Shown piece after piece: positions 25,830 to 39,905 of a DNA stretch of 64,000 nt; positions within the stretch are counted from its first letter, which is position 1; each line of letters opens with the position of its first letter. Made by a program: the position numbers and the translations under genes. Below the pieces are notes generated by a model. It had not been told where the DNA came from, did not search any database, and was given only the letters and a program-made list of their open reading frames with translations. This stretch comes from Macrostomum lignano (Eukaryota): assembly GCA_002269645.1 (NCBI GenBank), contig NIVC01001061.1:62001-126000 (forward strand), read 5' to 3'.

Positions 25830-28392
25830 TCACCGAGATGACGCGCCACCCGACACGCCGGCCGCAGTCGAGGAAGTGCTTCGACCTTTGGAGGCCGCGG
25901 CGGAGGAGGACTTGGATGACGAGCCCAGGGAGGAGCCTGCGGCGCTGTGCCGCCACTTGCAGCCGCTAAGCTGAGTAGCCAGCCGGCGGCAGTGCCTGAG
26001 CCGGGCGAAGGCCGCCAGCAGCAGGCAGCCGTGCAGGTCGGTGAGCAGCCTGGCAGCGATGTACACCCGGATGCCGGGTCGTCGAATCCGGCCAGGATGA
26101 GGCAGCAGTAGGGCAGCCAGGCCACGCCGAGCACTGCAGAGACCCGGCCGGCGGTCAGCATCGTCCTGCGGAGCGTCCGGCGCGCCCGGCCGTTGAGGCG
26201 CTTCGACCATCGGCCACCGCCGGTCGATCGGTGCTCGAACGCCGGGGCCTGGCTGGCGGCCCGTCCGAGGCAGGCGGCCACGCCGATCAGGCAGGCGACA
26301 TTGAAGGCCAGCGCCAGGGCCCAGGGCGCGAAGGCCAGGCCAACCCGGCAGGCCGCCGCCACAGCCGTCGTTGCCGAGGTCTCCGGCAGGCCGCAGGACT
26401 TGGCGTCAAACAGGGCGGGACTGTCGCCAAAGTGCAGGCCGGCGGCCACGGCGGCGGGGACAGCCGGGAGGCCCCAGCCGACGGCGGCGAACCGGGCGTA
26501 GCGCCTGGATGGCGCTGACGGCCTGGCCAGCAGGTTGGTGAGGGTGCGCAGCAGGTCAACGCCGAACAGGCCAGCCCAGGTGAACCCGGCGTCCATGCAG
26601 AACAGGGCCAGCAGGCAGGTCCAGGGCGAGCCGCTGACATCGCCGGAGGAGGCCGCGGCGATGGCGGCCTCGACGAGGGAGAGAATGTTCACCGCGGCCA
26701 GGCTGAGCGCGTGCGACACTAAGAGGAGGCCGGAGCGATTGCGCAGACGGCGGCGGCTCAGGTACAGGCAGGTGAGGCTGAGGGCCTGCGTTGGGTAGGA
26801 TATTGGGTAGGGTTCGCAGGACATGCACTGCACTTCAGATCTGAGAAGTTACAGACTGATTTCTCAGGAGTTTACAGACTGATTTCTCAGGAGTTTACAG
26901 ACTGATTTCTCAGAAGTTTACAGACTGATTTCTCAGAAGTTTACAGACTGATTTCTCAGGAGTTTACAGACTGATTGCTCAGAAGTTTACAGGATTGGGT
27001 TAGAGCACGGATACTCGCATTTGCAGAAAGGCTTGGGATCTGGAAAGTTCAAGGGCATGAGGATCCCACAGTGACACCAACCGCAACGGCCGAGGCTGCC
27101 TGAGCCGCCATTGTAGCCCAGTCGGTCCAATCAGCCAAGCCAGCAGCCGACGCAGGTCCTCCTCGCCCCGACGCAGCCTCCTCCGTGACGTTGCCGGGGC
27201 TGTCGCCAGAACTGGACTCGTTCTTGCTATCTCGCAGCTGACCGTCAGCAGCCGGCGACTCGGTGGACATTGCAGCCAGTTGACCGGCCAGCAGTCTCGG
27301 ATCCAAATTGAAGTTGAACACGGAGTCCAACAGGCTGGGCCTCGGCCGGACGCTGAACGACTCGTGATTGGACTGAGTGAGGATTCCGGAGCTGCCGCCG
27401 CCGCACTGGGAGCGCAGCCAGTCAGGCTGGAGTTGCGGCTCGCCGTCGGCCGGATCCTTGGCGCAGGCGGAATTGCGGTAGACCCGACACTTCGCCGCCG
27501 AGAACGCATAGCTGGTGCCGCCGGTGAGGCAGTCCCCGCTGGGCGACTTCTCACCGCCGGCTGTGTGCAGTTGCGGCAGCCCCGCGTAGCAGCGGTGCAC
27601 CAGCCGCTCCTGAACCCGGAACGCCAGGTGGCAGCGCCTGGGTAGGCTGCCCCCGCTCAGCAGCAGCCGCATCAGCTCGCCCTGCCAGGCGCTGGCATTT
27701 CTGCCGACGTAATCCTCTGGACGCTGGCAGCGGACTGTCAGGTTAGTCAGGAACCTGTCCGGACTGATGGGTTCTGACAGCGGTGGCCGGTGGCAGCGGA
27801 GACAGTGGACGCTGCGGTACAGCACGCCGTCGGGACCGAACACGGGGATCGATGACAGAGTCAACCGGCGGAAGCCTTCATCGGTGTTGAAGTTGCCGCA
27901 CGCTTCGACATCTCTGGGATCGGCGGCGGCAGCTGCAGCCGCAGCGACAGCATCGTTGATGGAGCCGCTGGAGGCGGCTGGGCAGGCAGACACGACCAGA
28001 GCCGCTGGCCTCTGCAGCTGGCAGCAGTCGGTGGCGCGGGCCGCATCAGAGGCCTCCCCGTCAGGGCTGAGCGGCTCAATTGGCAGGCAGGTGAAACGGG
28101 GGGATCTGTGGGAGACGGGATCCGGGATTTTGGCCGTAGGCTGGCAGCAGTCGCCGTAGACCTGGCACTGGCTGGAGTCAGAATAGCACCTGGTCGGCAC
28201 CTCGAGGCTGCCGCTGATGTCTCTGAGCAGGAGCCAATTTGAGTCAGCAGCAGCAGCAGGCAGAGTCAGTGTGGGATCAAGGGTTTGAGCCGTTGTCTCC
28301 CAAGGTAGTGTCTGGGCTTCCCAGCTGCTGGGTATCAGCAAGCTTAGTAAGACTACAAGCAAAATCTGTTTGGTTAAAATTTGCTTTGCCAT
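25830..28392 (-). CDS. 7TM receptor of family-2-like (Methuselah/adhesion-like) type with a Cys-rich, somatomedin-B-like ectodomain. Exons 28392-27082 and 26785-25830; apparent 1-nt frameshift near 26072
   Basis: Signal peptide MAKQILTKQILLVVLLSLLIPSS; motif RCYSDSSQCQVYGDCC; G.DGVLYRSVHCLRC; TM1 across the splice (ATMAAQAASAVA|ALSLTCLYL) followed by RLRNRSG; further hydrophobic helices (AAVGWGLPAV, WALALAFNVACL, LGVAWLPY). The TM7-like segment YIAARLLTDLHGCLLLAAF lies in a shifted frame. The donor position (gcg|gttggt) is the best phase-0 guess. Confidence 0.75.
26845..26992. repeat. 23-bp minisatellite, GPCR intron
   Basis: GATTTCTCAGGAGTTTACAGACT, about 6 copies. Confidence 0.92.
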
Positions 28393-28404
28393 AATCAAAA
28401 CTCT

Positions 28405-28681
28405 CATACATGCGCAACCTCCAAAATTCAGTCGGCCATGCGACTTAGTTTTAACAAAAATGCGACTTACATGTAATTAAAAAAACCATACGCAAAATTA
28501 ACGCAACTTTGGGTAAACGGCAGGAGTAACTATGACTGTCTTATTAGGTCAAAATGCCTCGTCAGCTACTTAGTAATACTACTTTGGTATTTTTTCGGAT
28601 GGGCATTTTTGCGACTTCCTTGATTGGCTGCCAAATCGGTCGGCCGGATCGGCCGACTCGGCCGACTGTTGCGCATGTATG
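28405..28681. mobile_element. hAT-type MITE (277 bp) containing a 28S rRNA-derived segment
   Basis: Perfect 14-bp TIRs CATACATGCGCAAC (28405-28418) and GTTGCGCATGTATG (28668-28681). 8-bp TSD AAAACTCT (28397-28404, 28682-28689). Subterminal GTCGGCC/GGCCGAC motifs at both ends. Confidence 0.88.
28511..28574 (+). other. 28S rRNA-derived fragment (helix 69-71 region) inside the MITE; not an rRNA gene
   Basis: GGGTAAACGGCAGGAGTAACTATGACTGTCTTATTAGGTCAAAATGCCTCGTCAGCTACTTAGT aligns without gaps to the conserved eukaryotic LSU sequence GGGTAAACGGCGGGAGTAACTATGACTCTCTTAAGGTAGCCAAATGCCTCGTCATCTAATTAGT (53/64 identical by eye; reference recalled, not searched). Confidence 0.85.
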
Positions 28682-29519
28682 AAAACTCTGCTCTAACTAT
28701 AGGCTGTATAGTTGAGTCAAGTTCAGCTTGTATTTAAAGTCAATTCTTCTTTCTTATCAGCTGACTGATTAGAGAGAGTCGATGAAAGTCTTGCGGAGCG
28801 GAAAGCAGATTCACAGGGTTAGGCGGGAGGGTAGGCAGCCCTGGGCACGTTGTCGCGGCTAATTATAGACTGGCACCCACAACCAGTCCACGGCAGTGAA
28901 ACAAATAAAGTAAAATAAAATTTTGCGACTCTGTTCGAGGAGGCTCCCTACGTGCATTCTGATTCGCGAGCTCTCATTGGCTGAACAGGAACTGGAAGGG
29001 TTGGGGGGTTGGTTTGCCTACTCGTACCCCCCCAGCCAGCGTATACACAAGCTGTACATATCACTAGCCATATGCGGACTGGAGATGTACATTCCCTGTC
29101 AGTGTACATTGCTATGCACATTCGCGAGGTATAGGCGCTCTTAATTACTTTGTTTGTTTTAAAATGGTTCCCTTATTACTAAGGTCCGTTGGCACGTTGG
29201 AAGAACTCTTGTGAGTGGATATCGAAACCTTAACTGCGATGTAATCTGTAAACATGCTCTCGGTGCAAAACCAAAATAAATGTGCCACCACGTTGTAAAT
29301 TCACTCTGCTTTGATTGTTCAATCTAATATTTAAAAAATTACTTGCTTCTTGAATGAACTCTTGAACTTTTGAACTCTTGACCTTCTTAACTATAAGGCA
29401 CTAACTTCTTAAGTTATTTTGAAGGCATTTGAAGTTAAAATGAAATATTACTTTAGTTTACCGCCCTTAGCGACTTTTATTAGAATGATCAGTGAATGAA
29501 CAAGGCATACAGTGCACAA

Positions 29520-29980
29520 CAGTAAACTAAACAGTGACCTCCCTAAACAGTGACCCCACTAAACAGTGACCTCCCTAAACAGTGACCTCCCTAAACAGTG
29601 ACCACACTAAACAGTGACCTCCCTAAACAGTGACCTCACTAAACAGTGACTTCCCTTAACAGTGACCTCACTCAAAACAGTCACCTCACTCTAAACAGTG
29701 ACCACACTAAACAGTGACCTCCCTTAACAGTGACCTCACTCAAAACAGTTACCTCACTCTAAACAGTGACCACACTAAACAGTGGCCTCCCTAAACAGTG
29801 ACCTCACTAAACAGTGACCTCCCTAAACAGTGACCTCATTAAACAGTGACCTCATTAAACAGTGACCTCAGTAAACAGTGACCTCCCTAAACAGTGACCT
29901 CACTAAACTGACCCTCACTCTAAACAGTGACCTCACTCTAAACAGTGACCTCAGTAAACAGTGACCTCCCTAAACAGTGC
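29520..29980. repeat. 16-18-bp minisatellite, intergenic
   Basis: AAACAGTGACCTCCCT and variants. Confidence 0.93.
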
Positions 29981-30618
29981 CACCCATCTGTCTCAGCTCC
30001 AGACTCCAGAGTCTAATAGCGACGCTCTTCATTGTAAAATCCCGAAATAGTTTAAATCACTCAAGTAGTTACTCAGAGTGCAGTTACAGCTTGGTTCTCC
30101 GTCTGTAGGATAAGAAATTTGTGCACGGCTCTGACAGTCGGGGACAGGCAGGGAGAGGGACAGAAGAGGAGCAGGGGGGGGGGGTTAGGGAAGACAGGAA
30201 GGAAGAAAGTGAGTTTTGTAGTTGATTGGCTGCAATAAGGAGAATCGTTCATACGGGCCCGGAGGGAGAAACTGGAGCTGATTTCCCGCTCTTCCTGTGC
30301 GACCCCCCAGCAACCAGAACCTCCTCTCGCCTCCTTCCCACTTCCCGTTCTGCCGCCCCTCCAAACCCGAAATTCTCGCCCGCCTCCTCTCACGCGGCCA
30401 AAAAATCGATCGATAAAAACCAGCTTCTCGTCCACTCTTCTCTCTGTCCCCACGACATCCACTCCAGCCTCCCCAGTCTCCCCCCATGCTCAGGCAGCAT
30501 AGGAAAAGGCCAAGACTCTGATAGAAATTTAGCTTGTCGCCTGCAGCTGCCGCATGACTTGGCTCGTATTGGCAACTCACTGACTGACGCGCAGTTTCTA
30601 CTCATCCTTCGCGCTCCG

Positions 30619-34065
<3,447 letters not shown>

Positions 34066-34104
34066 AGCCGGAAGCCAGAAATTGGACTGCACCGGGTTTC
34101 TAGG

Positions 34105-34340
34105 CATCTGGGATGTCCAGTTTGGGAATCTGGGGATATCCGGTTTGGGAATCTGGGATGTCCGGTTTGGGAATCTGGGGATGTCCGGTTTGGGAATCTG
34201 GGGATGTCCGGTTTGGGAATCTGGGATGTCCGGTTTGGGAATCTGGGATGTCCGGTTTGGTAATCTGGGATGTCCGGTTTGGGAATCTGGGGATGTCCGG
34301 TTTCGAATTCTGGTATGTCCGGTTTGGGAATCTGGGGATA
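34105..34340. repeat. 21-22-bp minisatellite in the LAMP 3' region
   Basis: GGGATGTCCGGTTTGGGAATCT, about 10 copies. Confidence 0.93.
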
Positions 34341-35105
34341 ATTCAGTTTGAGAGACTATAGAATATCCTGTTGTGAAATTTCTAATTTTGCCGTCAAGCC
34401 GCACAAACGATTGACCCTGATGTATGTTTAAGCACGTTTAAAATTGTTCATAAATAATTCTGCTGCTGAATTGCTTAAAGCTGTTCTGTTCTTGTTGTAT
34501 CGCCTGTTTAAAAATAGACCTGCCGCCAAGAGCCCGCAGCCAATGCGCTCTTCACAGAAATCCTACATCAGGACAATTCCGGAACATTCTTTGAGCAAAG
34601 AGTCAAATAAACTCAGTGTTTACTCAGATTTCATGTTTCTGTTAAAGCTTTAATAATTGAACCACCCCAGTCTTCACAAAGCCTTTGTCACTCACTACAC
34701 CTGGCAATTTTGTGATATCGAATTTCGCATCGCATCTGCAGTGGAGGCTGTTAATCCTCCCCTGCTGTCCGGTAATCCCTCTCTGAGCAGATGGGTCTTG
34801 GATTCCCATTCTGTCCTGCAGTTTAAAAATATGACCAAATACCCACTGGCTGTTTTGTCCGGACCAATCGGGGGGCTGAGTAGTCAGCCCCAGAATCCCC
34901 TGATCCACCTCTAGGAGATCCAATAGGAGCTCAACAGCTTGAGTATAGGAGGCTGAGGATGGGGCAGAGTCCCTGTTGCTTATGCCCCTCCTCTGGCCAT
35001 GCCTTATTTAGGCAATTCGTCAGGCTCATTCAAGTGTCTGCACTTTACATGTATATATTACTAGCATTGATAACTGCCAGCTTCTGCCACTCGCTCAGCC
35101 ACTGC

Positions 35106-38100
35106 ATGGGACTCGCCCAGGCTGCGGTAATTTTTCTGCAACTGCTTGCTGCGGCCGCTGTGGCCCGCTCTGCAGGTGAAAAGTAAGTCATTAAGGAGAG
35201 TCAAACCACCCCCCAGGCAGAGTGTGCAGCTTTTATAAGAATAGAAAGTCCAGTGACCACTGTGCGAGTGTGACCGAGAGGGGAGAGTAAGAGAGGGGAG
35301 AGTAAGAGAGGGGAGAGTAAGAGAGGGGAGGGTAAGAGGGGAGGGTAAGAGAGGAGGGTAAGAGGGAAGGGTAAGAGAGGGGAGAGTAAGAGAGGGGAGG
35401 GTAAGAAGGGAGGGTAAGAAGGGAGGGTAAGAAGGGAGGGTAAGAGAGGGGAGGGTAAGAGGGGAGGGTAAGAGGGGAGGGTAAGAGGGGGAGGGTAAGA
35501 GGGGAGGGTAAGAGGGGGGAGAGTGAGAGGGGAGGGTAAGAGGGGAGGGTAAGAGGGGAGGGTAAGAGGGGAGGGTAAGAGAGGGCAGAGTAAGAGAGGG
35601 CAGATTAGGAGAGAAGAGAGCTAAGATGGGCTGAAATCCATGGTCTGTCAGAATCTGCCTAAGGATATCCCTATCCTGAGACAATCGCTGTATGCGACCT
35701 TCATTTATGTATTTTTGTAGCCAAGCAGAGCACTTTAAGGAAAATAAATTTCTTATGAAATCCTGCTTCAAATAATTGCAATTTCATGTTAACCTCGTCA
35801 GCAGCGGCAGCATTGTCGCTAGCCTGGAGTCCTTGGACAAAGTGAATTTCACCGCGATCAACGTTAGCCTGAGGCTCGGCTGGACAGCTGCTGCAGCCGG
35901 CGGTTCGAGCTGGTCCGGAGTTGTCAGCCTCACCGTGGCCTGCCGCCTGAATGTGAGGGAACCGAGTGTGGGAAAGGGGCCGTTGGGGGAGAGAGAAGTT
36001 GGATGTGAGAGAGGGAGAAAGGGAGAGAGGGAGAGAGGGAGAAAGGGAGAGAGGAGAGAGGGAGAAAGGGAGAGAGGGAGAGAGGGAGAGAGGGAGAAAG
36101 GGAGAGAGGGAGAGAGGGAGAGAGGGAGAGAGGGAGAGGGGAGAGAAGGAGAGAGGGAGAGGAGAGAGGGAGAGGGAGAGAGGGAGAGAGGGAGAGAGGG
36201 AGAAAGAGAGAGAGAGAGATGTAGATGAGAGGGAGACAGAGAGAGAGGGAGAGAGAGGGAGAGCGAGAGAGAGGGAGAGAGGAGAGGAGACAGGGAGAGG
36301 GAGAGGGAGAGAGGCAGACAATGGGTGAGACAGGTAAAGAAGCGGGTACCCCACTATACGCACTGAATTCCACAATCCAGCTGCCCCTCCGACCACAGCT
36401 GCATCTGTTCCCCCTGGACACCGAGCTCTGCGCCGTAAACATGAGCAATTTGAGAATACCAAACCCGATTGGAAATAATGACACTGCTATTATTGCACAG
36501 CGTCGTTGGTTGCTAAGCAACGGCAGCCGAGCGGTTGGCCTTGGAGACCGTGTTGGCACAGAATGGGCGCTGAACGGCCTGAAGCTGCGTCAGTCAGTGC
36601 TGTGGGTGCTGCTGAAGCGAGACGCAGCCTATTACGTAACCACCGTCTATGGCCCAACTTCTGCTATGGTGCTGACTGTGTGGCTGTCAGTCAGGCTGGG
36701 AGTCGGCAGCGCCCTTGTGCAGACAGCCGTGCCTCTGGTGTGTCTGGCTGGGCAAATGTTCCTGTGGACCATTGTGAACCTGGTGAGTGTGGCTTGGCTC
36801 TGTCTCCGATTCTCACCTGAGAGTCTCACTGATTCTCACCTGAGTGTCTCACCGATTCTCACCTGAGTGTCTCACCCACTCTCAACTGATCGAGTGTCTG
36901 ACCCATTCTCACCTGAGGGCTGACCCATTCTCACCTGAGTGTCTCACCGATTCTCACCTGAGTGTCTCACCCATTCTCATCTGAGTGTCTCACTGATTCT
37001 CACCTGAGAGTCTCACTGATTCTCACCTGAGTGTCTCACCCATTCTCACCTGAGTGTCTCACTGATTCTCACCTGAGTGTCTCACCGATCCTCACCTGAG
37101 TGTCTGACCCACTCTCACCTAAGTGTCTGACCCAGTCTCACCTGAGTGTCTGACCCATTCTCACCTGAGTGTCTCACCCATTCTCACCTGAGTGTCTGAC
37201 CCATTCTCACCTGAGTGTCTGACCCAGACTCACCTGAGTGTCTGACCCACTCTCACCTAAGTGTCTGACCCAGTCTCACCTGAGTGTCTGACCCAGTCTC
37301 ACCTGAGTGTCTGACCCAGTCTCACCTGAGTGTCTGACACATTCTCACCTGAGTGTCTGACCCAGTCTCACCTGAGTGTCTGACCCAGTCTCACCTGAGT
37401 GTCTGAACCACTCTCACTTGAGTGTCTGACCCAGTCTCACCTGAGTGTCTGACCCACTCTCACTTGAGTGTCTGACCCAGTCTCACCTGAGTGTCTGACC
37501 CATTCTCACCTGAGTGTCTCACCCATTCTCACCTGAGTGTCTGACCCATTCTCACCTGAGTGTCTGACCCAGACTCACCTGAGTGTCTGACCCAGTCTCA
37601 CCTGAGTGTCTGACCCAGTCTCACCTGAGTGTCTGACCCAGACTCACCTGAGTGTCTGACCCACTCTCACCTGAGTGCCTGACCGATTTTCACCAGAAGA
37701 GTTGCAGTTTCTTCTCTCCGGAATAATCCTAAGCCAGTCCTCACCCAGAGTCTGAGAAATTCGATTAAATTTCAGTCTCAGTGAAATTTCTGCCTGAGCA
37801 GAAAAGTGGAAGGGTTTGTCGCTATTTTTAGACCGCACGGATCGACACGGTCCCATCTGCAGCCTCTTCCTTCTCTCCCTCTCACCCTCCAGCCCGGCAA
37901 GCCAGCAGTATGGCCAAATATAGAATATTTTCACCCGCCATTCAATAGCAAATTCTCGGGAAACAAACGCCTTTTTGTTTAAGCGCCTCTACTTTTTATT
38001 AAAATTGTTTTACTATAGTTGTCGATTGCTCTTGTGAAGAATGATTTTTTATTCAAAACGGGACGAATCTGTCATTTTACCTAAAATGGAAACGGTTTAA

Positions 38101-39905
38101 AAGCAAATTTGAACTTTGATTTTGAGTACTTATTAGTTGCATATTGTGTTATTGTTTGGGTCTGTTGGGTGAATTGGTCGCACCGTTCAGCTCAGCTCAT
38201 GGTTATAAGGGTGTGTGAGATTATCCAACTATATTGGGTGAGATTATCCAACTATATTGGGTGAGATTATCCAACTATATTGGGTGAGATTATCCAAGAA
38301 TATTGGGTGAGATTATCCAACTATATTGGGTGAGATTATCCAAGAATATTGGGTGAGTTTATCCAACAATATTGGGTGAGATTATCCAACAATATTGGGT
38401 GAGATTATCCAACAATATTGGGTGAGTTTATCCAACAATATTGGGTGAGATTATCCAACAATATTGGGTGAGATTATCCAACAATATTGGGTGAGATTAT
38501 CCAACAATATTGGGTGAGATTATCCAAAAATATTGGGTGAGTTTATCCAACTATATTGGGTGAGTTTATCCAAGAATATTGGGTGAGATTATCCAACTAT
38601 AATGGGTGAGTTTATACAACTATAATGGGTGAGATTATCCAACTATATTGGGTGAGATTATCCAACTATATTGGGTGAGTTTATCCAACTATATTGGGTG
38701 AGTTTATCCAACTATATTGGGTGAGATTATCCAACTAGAGTGGGTGAGATTATCCTACTATATTGGGTGAGATTATCCAACTATATTGGGTGAGTTTATC
38801 CAACTATATTGGGTGAGTTTATCCAACTATATTGGGTGAGATTATCCAACTAGAGTGGGTGAGATTATCCTACTATGGTGGGGGAGATTATTAAAATATT
38901 GTGGGTGAGATTATCCAAGCAATACTGCATAAGAATTGTCGATTGGTCTGTCTCTTTGGTCAGAACTTAAAGTTAGGACAAAGTTAGGAGATCTGCTAAT
39001 TTCTGCATTTTCAATCACAACAGACTTCCTTGTACATTGCGAATGAACTTTAAGTTCTTCGTAGAAAAACCTGAAGACGAAACAGCGAGTCACGAGTTCG
39101 AGATCGACTTGTTTACAAGCTGGAACTTCCTTAAAGCAGGGTTTTTAATTGGCCAGATTAGACAAAAAGTTGAGCCAAGATCTGCTCCCACAGCGGGATG
39201 AAATTCGATGCAGGGGAGGTGAGCAGTTACCAATAAGGGACGACAGTTAATTAGAATCCGGTGTTTACTTTACGTTTTCTTGAATATTAAAATAAATTTC
39301 TTTGTCTTAGCTATTTTTTTTAAATGAAAGACTTCAATAAGGCCTAGGCAATGAGTCCTGGGGTAACCTGTCCTTAGGTAACCTGTCCTGAGGTAACCTG
39401 TCCTGAGGTAACCTGTCCTGAGGTAACCGTCATAAGTACCTGATACAATCATCAGCCGACCCAAAATTCTCACCAGGTGATACCCCACGGAGCCGGCAGC
39501 AGAGCCTTGGACACCTGGTTCTATCTGTGCCTGCTATTTTGCTTTGCCGGCCTGACTCGAGCCCTGGCCCTCGCCGTGGCCGCTCTGCTCTCCAACGCGG
39601 CTGGGAAAGAGACTGCATCCTTGTCGACTGAGAGTGGCGGCGGCGGCGGCAGCGGCCGGGAGCTGCTGAGCGGCAGTCAGCTGGCCCGCAGCACCGAGAC
39701 GGCCTGGGCCCGAGCCGTCAGGCGCTACATCGGCCCGGCGGTGCCGCCAAACGCCGACAGGAAGCGGCGGTTGCGGCGGTGCGCCGATGTTGTCTTTTTT
39801 GTCGCCTTCGCGTCGACTTTCGCGGCGGCCGCGGCAGCCTATTGGACAGTCTATCTGGCCTGGGCGGCGAGGGATCGCGCCCTGATGATGGCGGAGGCTG
39901 GGTGA
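35106..39905 (+). CDS. Divergent Cys-loop ligand-gated ion channel subunit (GluCl/Gly/GABA-like TM region) with a shortened ectodomain. Exons 35106-35182, 35802-35952, 36399-36782, 39477-39905 (about 346 aa)
   Basis: The spliced Cys loop CRLN|[11 protein letters not shown] is exactly C-x13-C with FPxD. Pre-M1/M1 [27 protein letters not shown]3 [18 protein letters not shown] and M4 [23 protein letters not shown] match anion-channel patterns (R..YY...Y.P; KAiDvW..C..F; D....FP..F....YW..Y). N-terminal signal peptide present. The exon 1-2 linkage is less certain. Confidence 0.8.
35278..35600. repeat. Purine-rich 13-15-bp repeat, ion-channel intron 1
   Basis: GGGGAGGGTAAGA / GGGAGAGTAAGAGAG. Confidence 0.92.
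36005..36315. repeat. Polypurine (GAGAGAGG)n tract, ion-channel intron 2
   Basis: Almost purely G/A for about 300 nt. Confidence 0.92.
36808..37682. repeat. 23-bp minisatellite, ion-channel intron 3
   Basis: TCTCACCTGAGTGTCTGACCCAG, about 38 copies. Confidence 0.95.
38215..38918. repeat. Second 23-bp minisatellite, ion-channel intron 3
   Basis: GGGTGAGATTATCCAACTATATT, about 30 copies. Confidence 0.95.

Noticed and set aside
28511-28574. An rRNA gene
   Set aside because: Only 64 nt, diverged, helix-69 pairing disrupted, embedded in a MITE; no other rRNA sequence nearby.
34657-34914. 85-aa ORF as a possible extra exon of the Cys-loop gene
   Set aside because: It lies upstream of the signal-peptide exon, with no convincing LGIC motif or compatible splice sites.
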